Assembly: GCA_033762835.1 (NCBI GenBank)
Contig: JANRLG010000189.1
Location: 12,185-76,184 of the forward strand
Direction of reading: 5' to 3'
From: Thermoanaerobaculia bacterium
GTDB taxonomy: Bacteria > Acidobacteriota > Thermoanaerobaculia > Multivoradales > DATKCC01
Length of the DNA stretch: 64,000 bases
This document shows positions 52,422-61,805 of the stretch, piece after piece. The notes under the pieces are model-generated. The model was given only the letters and a program-made list of their open reading frames with translations, had not been told where the DNA came from and searched no databases. How positions within the stretch are numbered: the stretch's first letter is position 1; every line of letters starts with the position of its first letter. A program made the position numbers and the translations under genes.

Positions 52422-52610
52422 ATGAAGAGCGCTTTCCTGATCTTCGCGCTTCTGTTCGGCCAACTCGCCGGGCTTGCTTGGGAGTTCTCCGTTGCGGCAG
52501 GGTCGACACCGGCGGATGACGACAAGTCTGCTGGCCCTCCAGGACAGACTGGGGTCACACCGCCGGATATCGACCCTTATCCGGGCCCGAAGCCTCCCCC
52601 TGCGGGTTAG
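52422..52610 (+). CDS. Small secreted Pro/Gly-rich peptide precursor 2 (62 aa)
   Basis: GAAAGGGGG SD with ATG; signal peptide MKSAFLIFALLFG; GPPGQTGVTPPD. Confidence 0.65.
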   Translation: MKSAFLIFALLFGQLAGLAWEFSVAAGSTPADDDKSAGPPGQTGVTPPDIDPYPGPKPPPAG

Positions 52611-52634
52611 CCAGCGGTCGAAGCCCCTCCCCCG

Positions 52635-53384
52635 TCACTCCTCCAGCGTCAATCGAAACGTCGGCGGGCAGGGCGAGCGGGTGCCGTCGGGGAAGACGGC
52701 TTCCACTTGCCACACGAGGTGGCTGGCGGGGCGGAGTTTGGTGAGCTTCTCGGCCGGGACTTCGTACTCAGTCGCGGTCAGGCCGGTGACCTGGACCACG
52801 GTGTCGAGGCCGGAGGTTCGGATCGAGAGGTCGTAGTAGACCGCCTGGGGGACGGGTTTCCAGGCGACCTTGAAACCCTTGCGGGTGACGGGGGCGTTGT
52901 CGCGTACCAGGGATTCGATCAACGAGCCGGTCGCGGCGGGCGGGCCCGGCACCGCGGGTGACGAGGCGTCGGGCACCGGCCGGTCGCCCGTGCCGCGGTA
53001 TCCCGGGTCGTCCGTGGGCGGCGACTTGGGCAGGAACACGGCGAAGCCGAGGGCGCCGACCAGGAGGGCGGCGGCGGCGGCCCAACGTGGGTCCCACCAA
53101 CTCGAGCGGGCCGGGCGCAGCGGCAACGGGGCCACCGTGCCGGAACCTGCCGTGTCGTTCAGCTTCTCGCGCTCGAGGGCGAGCGCCAGGCGCCATTCCT
53201 CGGCACATTCGGCGCAGAGCGCCAAGTGATCCACCAAGCGGGCGGTAACCTCGGGAGCCAGGCGGCCCGCCGCGGCGTCCCAGATTTTCTCCGGGTCGGG
53301 ATGGTCGGCGGGCGGTGGGCCGACCGCGGGCGCCTGCCAGGCGGCGCGCAATCGGTCGATCAAAAGGTCGTCTTCGGTGTTCAC
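52635..53384 (-). CDS. Membrane anti-sigma factor (zf-HC2, TM, periplasmic beta domain)
   Basis: HLALCAEC (HxxxCxxC), TM WAAAAALLVGALGFAVFL; GTGA coupling to the sigma gene. Confidence 0.85.
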   Translation of the reverse strand: MNTEDDLLIDRLRAAWQAPAVGPPPADHPDPEKIWDAAAGRLAPEVTARLVDHLALCAECAEEWRLALALEREKLNDTAGSGTVAPLPLRPARSSWWDPRWAAAAALLVGALGFAVFLPKSPPTDDPGYRGTGDRPVPDASSPAVPGPPAATGSLIESLVRDNAPVTRKGFKVAWKPVPQAVYYDLSIRTSGLDTVVQVTGLTATEYEVPAEKLTKLRPASHLVWQVEAVFPDGTRSPCPPTFRLTLEE

Positions 53385-53938
53385 GGCGCGTGTCCCTTGT
53401 CCTCTAAACATTGGCGGAGATCCGCCATGCCACGGTAAATCAAGTTCTCCGCCTTCTTGGCGTCCCAACCCAGCCGCCGCCCGACATCGACGACGCTGTG
53501 GCCTTGCAGGCGAAGCGTCACAGCTTGGCGCCGGGAGGCGATCAGGGCGCCTAGACACCCGCGAATCGCCGAACCCAGCTCGCGGCTCGCCGCGTGATCG
53601 CTGGGACCGGGAGATCCGGTGGGTAACTCGATCGCACCCGCTTCATCCTCGATCGGCACTTCCCGGCGTCGGCGACGGCGTCGAATTTCATCGACTACCG
53701 CGCTGTACGCCGCTCTCTTCAGGTAAAACGAAGAGAGCGCCGTTTCCTCCTCACGCCGCCGTAACACGTCCACCACCCGCAGCAACGCCACCTGCACCAA
53801 GTCCTCGGACTCGGCCGTCAGCCAGCTCGGGCAACTGTGATTCACCGCCCGCGTGAGAGCCGCCCGCAACTCGCGGTAAAGCGAGTCGGGAAGCTCACGC
53901 CGTGCTGGATCTCGAACAACTGAAGGGACCGTCATCAC
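53381..53938 (-). CDS. ECF RNA polymerase sigma factor
   Basis: SEDLVQVALLR, AYSAVVDEIRR, region 4 AENLIYRGMADLRQCL. Confidence 0.9.
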   Translation of the reverse strand: MMTVPSVVRDPARRELPDSLYRELRAALTRAVNHSCPSWLTAESEDLVQVALLRVVDVLRRREEETALSSFYLKRAAYSAVVDEIRRRRRRREVPIEDEAGAIELPTGSPGPSDHAASRELGSAIRGCLGALIASRRQAVTLRLQGHSVVDVGRRLGWDAKKAENLIYRGMADLRQCLEDKGHAP

Positions 53939-54072
53939 CGCCCGGGAGTCTAGCCCGGATTGCCCCCGGGCGAACTTTCTCTGCCCGCCTGACAGATCGA
54001 CGCCCCGGATTCCGTCGTCATGGTTTGTGGGCGAAAGGATCGCTCACGACGACCCCCGAGGAGGGAGCTCCC

Positions 54073-54507
54073 ATGACCGTGATCGACCTTTCCGTGTTGT
54101 CCGCCTTCTGGCTCGGAGGCCATGCCCGCGCCGCCGCCGAGCGCCTCTACGCCAACCATCCCGACTGGGCGCTGCCCGTGGCCTGGCGTTGCGATTTTCG
54201 GCGCCAGCTCGACACTTGGGTGGGCTGCGAGCAGATCACCCCCGTCGACGCCGACCAGATCTGGAACGCCGTGCTCTGCCAGGTGGCCGACCGCGAGTAC
54301 TTCTGCGGCTCGCTCGACGTGCTCGAACTCGTCGCCCGCCATGGCCTCGGTCGGTTCGACGCCGAGGTGGTGTCCTTCGCCCGCGCCCGTGGCCAACGCT
54401 TCCACACCGCCAACCCCCGCCTGGCGGCACTCTTTCCCGACCTCGCCACCCTCCTAACCGACGTCGCCCCCGAGCGCCGCGTCTGGGTCGCCCGAAAGGC
54501 GGCGTGA
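54073..54507 (+). CDS. Orphan, degenerate PIN-domain (VapC-like) protein
   Basis: MTVIDLSVL, WALPVAWRCDFR, FDAEVV, HTAN; SD GAGGAGGGAG. Confidence 0.65.
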   Translation: MTVIDLSVLSAFWLGGHARAAAERLYANHPDWALPVAWRCDFRRQLDTWVGCEQITPVDADQIWNAVLCQVADREYFCGSLDVLELVARHGLGRFDAEVVSFARARGQRFHTANPRLAALFPDLATLLTDVAPERRVWVARKAA

Positions 54508-54514
54508 TCATGAC

Positions 54515-54543
54515 TTGTATTCAGCAAAAAAATCTTGTACGGT
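54515..54543 (+). promoter_or_regulatory. TA operon promoter
   Basis: TTGTAT-17 nt-TACGGT in an AT-rich patch with a CTTGTA direct repeat. Confidence 0.5.
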
Positions 54544-54562
54544 CCAAGGCGGAGGTTTCATC

Positions 54563-54784
54563 ATGCGCACCACCGTCACCGAACGGGGCCAAACCGTCGT
54601 CCCCGCGAAGATTCGTCGCGACTACGGCATCGGAACGCAGTCGACCCTCGAATGGATCGACGACGGCCACACGATCCGCGTCGTTCCGCTCCCGCCGGAC
54701 CCGATCCGCGCGGCCCGCGGCAGCTCCAAGGGGCTCGGGCGACGCCTCGCGGAGGAGCGGGAACGTGAGCGCAGCGAAGCCTGA
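54563..54784 (+). CDS. AbrB/MazE/SpoVT-family antitoxin
   Basis: MRTTVTERGQTVVPAKIRRDYGI; GGAGG SD. Confidence 0.88.
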   Translation: MRTTVTERGQTVVPAKIRRDYGIGTQSTLEWIDDGHTIRVVPLPPDPIRAARGSSKGLGRRLAEERERERSEA

Positions 54785-55193
54785 TCGCTTCTTGCTCGAC
54801 ACCTCCGCGGTCCTCGTCCTGACCGACGAAGATCCGGGCTGGGACTTCGTGGAGAACCTGCTCGAGCGCGCCCGCGAGGGCGAAATCGAGGTCGTGCTCT
54901 GCGCGGTGTCGTTGATGGAGCTGTACTACGTCGCGTTACGCGAACAGGGGGAGGACCCGGCCGCGCGACTAGTGGCCTTGGTCAAGGCGTGGCCGATCTC
55001 GTGGATCTACCCCGATGAGCGCATGCTGCTCGCGGCGGGCCGGTTGAAGGCCCAGCATCGCCTGTCCTTCGCCGACGCCGTGGTGGCCGCCGCCGCGGCT
55101 CGGCGGCGGGCCGTCCTGGTTCACCGCGACCCGGAATTCGAGGGTTTGGCAGCGGCCGTGGCGCGCCAGGCTCTGCCCTACCGGGGGCGCTGA
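54765..55193 (+). CDS. vapC: PIN-domain toxin (VapC)
   Basis: LLDTSAV, SLMELYY, LSFADA, LVHRDPEF. Confidence 0.9.
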   Translation: MSAAKPDRFLLDTSAVLVLTDEDPGWDFVENLLERAREGEIEVVLCAVSLMELYYVALREQGEDPAARLVALVKAWPISWIYPDERMLLAAGRLKAQHRLSFADAVVAAAAARRRAVLVHRDPEFEGLAAAVARQALPYRGR

Positions 55194-55210
55194 GAAGGTC
55201 GAACCGTGGG

Positions 55211-55489
55211 TCAGACCTCGCCGATCGAGAACATCCGATCGAGGTCGTGGCGCGAGAAGACACGGAAGGCGGTCAAGGTCTCCGACGCCGTGATGCCGGC
55301 GACCTTGAGCATTTTGCCGGTCACCACGTCGGCCAAGGCGTCCGGGCTCGTGGTGCGCACGATGGCGACCAGGTCGAAACGACCGGCGACGGAGTAGACC
55401 TCGGTGATGCCGGTGATCGAGAGCAGCTCCTGAGCCACCTCGTTGATGCGATCCCGATCGACGTTCAAGAGCACGACGGAGCTGACCAT
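55211..55489 (-). CDS. Stand-alone Lrp/AsnC ligand-binding domain protein
   Basis: EVYSVAGRFDLVAIVR, SETLTAFRVFSRHDL. Confidence 0.85.
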   Translation of the reverse strand: MVSSVVLLNVDRDRINEVAQELLSITGITEVYSVAGRFDLVAIVRTTSPDALADVVTGKMLKVAGITASETLTAFRVFSRHDLDRMFSIGEV

Positions 55490-55556
55490 GGCGATTCTCC
55501 TCCCAGGGGTTCCAACGCCACCGGGCCGGCCGGAAGCGCCTGCTTATAATGCCATC

Positions 55557-56918
55557 ATGACTGCCCACTCCCCGCTCCACGTCCTCGGCGGTGGCCTCGC
55601 CGGCACCGAATGCGCCTTTCAACTTGGCCGCCGGGGCCTGCCCGTGGTGCTGTGGGAGATGCGTCCTACGAAAGCCACCCCCGCCCACAAGACCGGCGAC
55701 TTGGCCGAGCTCGTGTGCTCGAACTCCCTGCGCAGCGACGACCCGTTCCACGCGGCGGGGTTGCTCAAGCGCGAGATGGAGGCCTTCGGCTCCTTGGTCG
55801 TCGGTGCCGCGCGGCGGGCGGCAGTACCCGCGGGCAGTGCCCTGGCGGTCGATCGCGAGCGCTTCGCCGCCGAGATCCACGCCGGACTGGCGGCGGTATC
55901 TACCATCGAGATCCGGCGCGAAGAGGCGACGACGCTCCCACCCGGCGAAGTCGTCGTGGCGAGCGGTCCGTTGACCTCGGAGGCGTTGACGGCGTGCCTC
56001 CAGGCCCTCCTGGGCAGCGAATGGCTCTACTTCTATGATGCTCTGGCGCCCATCGTTGAGGCCGATTCCCTCGCCTTCGGCCGGCTGTTCGCCCAGTCGC
56101 GCTGGGATAAAGGGGATGGTGCCGACTACCTGAACGCCCCCTTCGACAAAGAGGGTTACCTGGCCTTCTACGAGGCCCTCACCACGGCCGAGTTGGCACC
56201 CCTCCACGACTTCGAGCAGGCGCTTTTTTTCGAGGGCTGCCTGCCGATCGAAGAGCTCGCCCGGCGCGGCGTCGACACCCTGCGGTTCGGGCCCATGAAG
56301 CCGGTGGGGCTGCGCGGCCCCGACGGCCGCCGGCCCTACGCCGTCGTGCAGCTGCGCCAGGAGAACCTGGCCAAGACGCAGTACAACCTGGTGGGCTTCC
56401 AGTCGCGCATGAAGTGGGGCGATCAAGGCCGCGTATTGCGGATGATTCCGGGGCTCGAAGCGGCGGAGTTCGTGCGCTTTGGCTCGGTGCACCGCAACAC
56501 GTTCGTGAACTCGCCCACGCACCTCGACAAGCTGTACCGCTTGAAGGCCGAACCACGGGTACGCTTGGCGGGGCAGCTGACTGGCGTCGAGGGTTACCTC
56601 GAATCCGCGGCCACGGGCCTCGCGGCGGCCCTCCACGTGGTGACCGAACGCGCGGGCCGGACGCCCGAGCCCTTCCCCCCGACGACCGCACTCGGCGCCC
56701 TCGTGCGCCACCTGACGGAGTCGGACCCGCGCCATTTCCAGCCTGCCAACGTCAACTACGGTTTGTTCGAGGAGCTGCCCGAGCGGGCCAAGAAGCTCGA
56801 CCGCCGCCGCGTCTACGCCGAACGCGCTCACCGCGAGCTGCTCGCCTGGGCCGAGCGCCAGGGGCTGGCGGTCGACGCGAGCAAGCTCATTCCCGAACTC
56901 ACCGAGGTTCCGGCTTGA
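55557..56918 (+). CDS. trmFO: Folate/FAD-dependent tRNA (uracil-5)-methyltransferase
   Basis: GGGLAGTE, AELVCSNSL, FFEGCLPIE, FGPMKPVGL, GVEGYLES. Confidence 0.97.
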   Translation: MTAHSPLHVLGGGLAGTECAFQLGRRGLPVVLWEMRPTKATPAHKTGDLAELVCSNSLRSDDPFHAAGLLKREMEAFGSLVVGAARRAAVPAGSALAVDRERFAAEIHAGLAAVSTIEIRREEATTLPPGEVVVASGPLTSEALTACLQALLGSEWLYFYDALAPIVEADSLAFGRLFAQSRWDKGDGADYLNAPFDKEGYLAFYEALTTAELAPLHDFEQALFFEGCLPIEELARRGVDTLRFGPMKPVGLRGPDGRRPYAVVQLRQENLAKTQYNLVGFQSRMKWGDQGRVLRMIPGLEAAEFVRFGSVHRNTFVNSPTHLDKLYRLKAEPRVRLAGQLTGVEGYLESAATGLAAALHVVTERAGRTPEPFPPTTALGALVRHLTESDPRHFQPANVNYGLFEELPERAKKLDRRRVYAERAHRELLAWAERQGLAVDASKLIPELTEVPA

Positions 56919-57859
56919 GCCGGGCCGACAGTTTGCCGGCCTTGGTGGCCGGATATCTCCGGCATCTCGAGGGCGAACGAAATTTCTCTGCCCATACGGT
57001 CAAGGCCTACGGCACGGACTTGGCGGCCTTCGTGGAGTTCGTGGCCGCGGACGTGCTCGGCAAGCCACCGCGAGAAGTCCTTCCCGACGAGGTCGATCGC
57101 CTCGCGGTGCGCTCCTTCGTCGCCCAGGCGAGCCGCCGCGGTTTGGCGAAGTCGAGCCAGGGGCGTGCCCTGTCCGCCGTCAAGGGCCTGTTCCGCTGGG
57201 CCTGCCAGGAAGGTCACCTGGTGCTCAACCCGGCGATTTCGGTGAAGACGCCGAAGACCGAGAAGACGTTGCCGCGGCACTTACGCCCGGGCGAGACCGA
57301 AACTTTGCTCGAAGCGCCCGACACTAGCCAACCTCTGGGTCGGCGGGACCGCGCGTTTCTCGAGCTGCTCTACGCCACGGGGTTACGGGTCGGCGAGCTG
57401 GTGAGTCTCGATTGGACGGATCTCGATCTGTCCGCGCGGGTGTTACGGGTGGTGGGGAAGGGCGGCAAGGAGCGTATGGTGCCCTTCGGCCAGCCGGCGG
57501 CGGCGGCCCTGCGGGCCTGGCTGGCGGATTGGCAGGAGATCCGCGCCTTGGCCCGCACGGCAAGCGCGGAAGAGCCCGTGTTCTTGAATCACCGCGGCGG
57601 CCGGCTGACCGACCGTTCCGTGCGCCGCCTGCTCGACGGCCACGTGGAAGCCGCGGCCCTGGCAACCGGCGTCCACCCCCACACCCTGCGCCACACCTTT
57701 GCCACCCACCTGCTCGAGGCCGGCGCGGATCTACGCTCGATCCAAGAGCTACTCGGCCACGCCTCCTTGTCCACCACCCAGCGCTATACCCACCTCGACG
57801 TCGATCGCCTGCTGGCGGTCTATCGCCAGAGTCACCCGCGGGCGCGCGGGGAGAGTTGA
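56915..57859 (+). CDS. xerC: Tyrosine recombinase XerC
   Basis: RDRAFLELLYATGLRVGEL, GKGGKER, HPHTLRHTFATHLL, LGHASLSTTQRYT; trmFO-xerC-hslVU context. Confidence 0.92.
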   Translation: MSRADSLPALVAGYLRHLEGERNFSAHTVKAYGTDLAAFVEFVAADVLGKPPREVLPDEVDRLAVRSFVAQASRRGLAKSSQGRALSAVKGLFRWACQEGHLVLNPAISVKTPKTEKTLPRHLRPGETETLLEAPDTSQPLGRRDRAFLELLYATGLRVGELVSLDWTDLDLSARVLRVVGKGGKERMVPFGQPAAAALRAWLADWQEIRALARTASAEEPVFLNHRGGRLTDRSVRRLLDGHVEAAALATGVHPHTLRHTFATHLLEAGADLRSIQELLGHASLSTTQRYTHLDVDRLLAVYRQSHPRARGES

Positions 57860-57879
57860 CTGCTAGAATGCCCGCTCCG

Positions 57880-58431
57880 ATGACCACTCTCCGTTCGACG
57901 ACCGTCCTCCTCGTCCGCCGCGGCGGTCTGACCTGCATGGCCAGTGATGGCCAGGTGACCATGGGGCAGTCGACCGTGGTCAAGTCCGGCGCGCGCAAAG
58001 TGCGGCGCGCGGGCAAGGCGGGTAGCGTGCTGGTTGGCTTTGCGGGCGGTGGTGCCGACGCTTTGGCGTTGTTCGCTCGCCTCGAGGCCAAACTCGAGGA
58101 GTACTCGGGCAACCTGGAACGCGGCGTCGTCGAGCTCGCTCGCGACTGGCGCACGGACCGGGCGCTGCGCCAGCTGGACGCCTTGATGCTGGTGGCCGAT
58201 CGGGACCGGGCGTTCCTCGTGGCCGGCAACGGCGAGTTGCTGCAACCCGACGAAGAAGGCGGCGCGGTCGCCGTCGCCATCGGTTCCGGCTCGAATTTCG
58301 CTTTGGCGGCTGCCAAAGCGCTGTTGCGCCACACCGCGATGCCGGCGCGGGACATCGTCGTCGAAGCCATGGGGATCGCCGCCGACATCTGCGTCTTCAC
58401 CAATCACCACCTGACGATCGAAGAGCTCTGA
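57880..58431 (+). CDS. hslV: ATP-dependent protease peptidase subunit HslV
   Basis: STTVL, DGQVTMG, KVRR, WRTDRALRQL, IGSGSNFA, ICVFTN. Confidence 0.96.
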   Translation: MTTLRSTTVLLVRRGGLTCMASDGQVTMGQSTVVKSGARKVRRAGKAGSVLVGFAGGGADALALFARLEAKLEEYSGNLERGVVELARDWRTDRALRQLDALMLVADRDRAFLVAGNGELLQPDEEGGAVAVAIGSGSNFALAAAKALLRHTAMPARDIVVEAMGIAADICVFTNHHLTIEEL

Positions 58432-58464
58432 GCGGCCACGAGCCGCTGGAGCCGGGCCGTACCG

Positions 58465-59883
58465 ATGTCGAGTAGCACTGAGAATCCTTCCGCGAGCTTC
58501 GACAGTCCCGGGGTCTCCCCGCGGGAGATCGAGAACATGACCCCGCGCGAGATCGTCGCGGAGCTCGACAAATACGTCGTCGGTCAGCACCGAGCCAAAC
58601 GCGCGGTCGCCATCGCCCTGCGCAACCGCTGGCGGCGCCAGCAGTTGCCGCCGGAGTTGGCGGAGGAGATCGCGCCCAAGAACATCCTCATGATCGGCCC
58701 GACCGGCGTCGGCAAAACCGAGATCGCGCGCCGACTCGCCAAGCTCGCCCGCGCGCCCTTCTTGAAGGTCGAGGCCTCGAAATTCACCGAGGTGGGTTAC
58801 GTCGGCCGTGACGTCGAGTCCATGGTGCGCGACTTGACCGACATCGCCGTGGCCATGGTCAAGGAGGAACGCCGCCTCGCGGTGTGGGAAACCGCCGGCT
58901 CGCGGGCCGAGGATCGCCTCCTGTTGCTGCTCGTGCCGCCGCCGAAGATTCCCGGCATCTCGAGCCGCCCCGATCCCGACGAAATGAGCGAACCGCGGGA
59001 CGACCTGGCGGGCACCCGCGAGAAGTTCCGCGAGCGCCTGCGCACGGGCAAACTCGACGACAAGATGGTCGAGATCGAGATCGAAGAAAGCGCCTTCCCG
59101 AGTCTCGAGAACCTGCCGCCCACGGGCAACGAAGAAGTGGGCCTCAATCTCAAGGAAATGATGCCCGGCCTGTTCAACCGCCGGCGGCGCCAGCGCGTGC
59201 GGGTCGCCGAGGCGCGCGAAATCCTGACCCAGCAGGAAGCCGACAAACTGATCGACCGCCAGCAGTTGGCCCGCGAGGCCCGGCAACGGGTCGAGCAGGG
59301 CGGCATGATCTTCCTGGATGAAATCGACAAGATCGCCGGCCGCGAAGGCAGCCGGGGGCCCGACATCTCCCGCGAGGGCGTTCAACGGGACTTGCTGCCG
59401 ATCGTCGAAGGCACCACCGTGTCGACCAAGTACGGCATGGTCAAGACCGATCACGTGTTGTTCTTCGCTGCCGGAGCGTTCCACGTCTCGAAGCCCTCGG
59501 ACTTGATCCCCGAACTCCAGGGGCGCTTCCCGATCCGCGTCGAACTCGACGCCCTGACCGAGGACGACTTCGTGCGCGTCCTGACCGAGCCCGAAACCGC
59601 CTTGACCAAGCAGTACACCGCGCTGCTGTCGACCGAGGGCCTCGCCCTCGGGTTTACCCCGGGAGCCGTGCGCGAGATCGCGCGTCTGGCCGTCGAGGTG
59701 AACGCCACCACCGAGAACATCGGCGCCCGTCGCCTGGCAACGCTCATGGAGCGCCTGCTGGATGAAGTCTCGTTCGAGGCCCCCGACAGCGACGAAACCA
59801 CGATGACGATCGACGAGGACTACGTCCGCGGCACCCTCGCGGACATCGTCCAGAACCAGGATCTATCGCGTTATGTACTGTGA
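58465..59883 (+). CDS. hslU: ATP-dependent protease ATPase subunit HslU
   Basis: [36 protein letters not shown]. Confidence 0.97.
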   Translation: MSSSTENPSASFDSPGVSPREIENMTPREIVAELDKYVVGQHRAKRAVAIALRNRWRRQQLPPELAEEIAPKNILMIGPTGVGKTEIARRLAKLARAPFLKVEASKFTEVGYVGRDVESMVRDLTDIAVAMVKEERRLAVWETAGSRAEDRLLLLLVPPPKIPGISSRPDPDEMSEPRDDLAGTREKFRERLRTGKLDDKMVEIEIEESAFPSLENLPPTGNEEVGLNLKEMMPGLFNRRRRQRVRVAEAREILTQQEADKLIDRQQLAREARQRVEQGGMIFLDEIDKIAGREGSRGPDISREGVQRDLLPIVEGTTVSTKYGMVKTDHVLFFAAGAFHVSKPSDLIPELQGRFPIRVELDALTEDDFVRVLTEPETALTKQYTALLSTEGLALGFTPGAVREIARLAVEVNATTENIGARRLATLMERLLDEVSFEAPDSDETTMTIDEDYVRGTLADIVQNQDLSRYVL

Positions 59884-60967
59884 ACCCCCGCGTCGTCTCC
59901 TGCTGGCCGCCACCGTTCTCGCCGTCCTCGGCTTGCCCGCCTGCGGCAAGAAGGGCGATCCGCTACCGCCCGTACGCCTGGTGCCCGCCACCACCACGGC
60001 CTTGAGCGTTGCGCACCGCGGTCGCGAGATCCTCATTGCCGTGCCGTACCCCACCGCCACTGCCGCGGGTACGCCGTTGCCGGCGCTCGAAGAGCTGTCT
60101 TTGTGGAGCTTGACGCTGCAACCCCCGGCCGGACCCGCGGGAGTGCCGCCGCCGCCAGTGGCGCCGCCGGACCCGCGGCAGTTCAGCGTTCAGGCCCAGG
60201 TGGTGGACCGCCTCGATGCCGCCGGCATCGGCAGTTCGGTCCAGGGGGATCGCATCCTGCTGCGCCGGACGATGCCGGCGCCCCCTGCCGACGGCAGCCG
60301 CCAGGTCCTGGTGTTCGCCATCAAGACCCGGGCGGCGGGCGGCGAGGAGTCGGCCTTCTCGAACCTCGGGCAGGTCGAGGTTCAACCGCCGCCGCCCGCC
60401 CCGCGCAGTCTCCAAGCCGAGGGGGAGGCCGACGGCGTGCGGGTGAAGTGGGAAGCCCCGGCCGGCGACGGCACGGTGGCGGGCTTCCACCTGTATCGCC
60501 GCGAATCGACCTCCAAGGTCTACGGCACGCCGCTGGCTACGTTGACCACCGAGCGCGAATACCTCGACCGCGGCGCGCCCCTGGGCAGCCAACTCATCTA
60601 CACGGTCACCACCGTGGCCGCCCGTGAGCCGGTGGTGGTCGAAAGTGGCGTCGAAGCGGAGATCGAAGTCGTGCACCGGGACCGTTACCCGCCGCCGTCG
60701 CCCCGCGGCATGGTCGCCCTCGGCGAAGAGGGCCGCGTCCGGCTGCTGTGGGACCCGGTCACCGCTCCCGACCTCGCGGGTTACGTCGTGTACCGACGCG
60801 ATCCGGGCAGTGAGGACTTCCGCCGTATCGCCGGACCGGTGACCGCCACCGAGTTCGGCGAGTCGGATCTCCTGGCCGGCGAGACCTACCTCTACCGGGT
60901 GACGGCGGTCGACCGCGCGGGCAACGAGAGCGAACCCTCGGGCGCGGCGGCGGGGCGCATTCGTTAG
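59873..60967 (+). CDS. Lipoprotein with fibronectin type III-like domains
   Basis: [13 protein letters not shown] lipobox; [22 protein letters not shown]. Confidence 0.82.
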   Translation: MYCEPPRRLLLAATVLAVLGLPACGKKGDPLPPVRLVPATTTALSVAHRGREILIAVPYPTATAAGTPLPALEELSLWSLTLQPPAGPAGVPPPPVAPPDPRQFSVQAQVVDRLDAAGIGSSVQGDRILLRRTMPAPPADGSRQVLVFAIKTRAAGGEESAFSNLGQVEVQPPPPAPRSLQAEGEADGVRVKWEAPAGDGTVAGFHLYRRESTSKVYGTPLATLTTEREYLDRGAPLGSQLIYTVTTVAAREPVVVESGVEAEIEVVHRDRYPPPSPRGMVALGEEGRVRLLWDPVTAPDLAGYVVYRRDPGSEDFRRIAGPVTATEFGESDLLAGETYLYRVTAVDRAGNESEPSGAAAGRIR

Positions 60968-61801
60968 ATGTACCGGCTCTCCGGCGGCGGCAACGACTTC
61001 CTGGCCCTCGCCGAGCCCGCGGCGCCTCCGTCCCGGGCCGACATCCGGGCCTGGTGTCGCCGCGGCGTCTCCCTTGGCGCGGACGGCCTGTTCACCCTCG
61101 AGCGTAACGGGGCGGACCGGGTCCGCATGACCTACTGGAACGGCGACGGTTCCGACGCGGATCTGTGCTTGAACGGTACCCGCTGTGCCGCTCGGCTGGT
61201 CCACCACCTGGGCTGGTCGACGGGGGAAGTGGTGGTCGAAACCGGTGCCGGGCCGTTTCGGACCCGGATCGTCGACGATCAGAACGTTGCGATCGAGCTG
61301 CCGGCGCCCACCGAAACCCCGGTCGTGCGGATCCCGTCGTGGCAAGGCGAGGGCTTCCCGGGGCGCTTCGTCGTTACCGGGGTGCCACACTTTCTGCGCC
61401 CGGTCGCCGGGGACCTCGGTGCCGCTCCGGTCACCCTCGAAGGGCCGATTCTCCGGCGCCACCCGGACTTCGGAATCCCCGGCACCAACGTCGATTGGGT
61501 GCGCACGGTGTCGCCCCACCAGCTCGAGATCCGCACCTTCGAGCGCGGTGTCGAAGGCGAGACCTTGGCCTGTGGCTCGGGTGTCATGGCAGCGACCCTC
61601 GCGGGGATCGCTGCCGGGGAGCTCGTTTTCCCGGTCGAAGTCCTCACCGCTGGCGGCTTCCGCTTTCGGCTCGACGGTACGGTCGGGCCCTCGGGCCTGC
61701 CGGTGGCCTGGTCTTTGACCGGGGATGCCCGGCTCGTGGCGGTGGTGACACCGGAGCCGGGAGCCCTGGCGGTGCCGAGCCCGGCGCGATGGACGCCGTG
61801 A
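60968..61801 (+). CDS. dapF: Diaminopimelate epimerase
   Basis: GGGNDF, GADG, LCLNGTRC, GVPH, GTNV, ERGVEGETLACGSG. Confidence 0.92.
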   Translation: MYRLSGGGNDFLALAEPAAPPSRADIRAWCRRGVSLGADGLFTLERNGADRVRMTYWNGDGSDADLCLNGTRCAARLVHHLGWSTGEVVVETGAGPFRTRIVDDQNVAIELPAPTETPVVRIPSWQGEGFPGRFVVTGVPHFLRPVAGDLGAAPVTLEGPILRRHPDFGIPGTNVDWVRTVSPHQLEIRTFERGVEGETLACGSGVMAATLAGIAAGELVFPVEVLTAGGFRFRLDGTVGPSGLPVAWSLTGDARLVAVVTPEPGALAVPSPARWTP

Positions 61802-61805
61802 GTCC

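Noticed and set aside
56915-57859. Tyrosine recombinase as a prophage or island integrase
   Set aside because: Size, motifs and trmFO-xerC-hslVU context indicate housekeeping XerC
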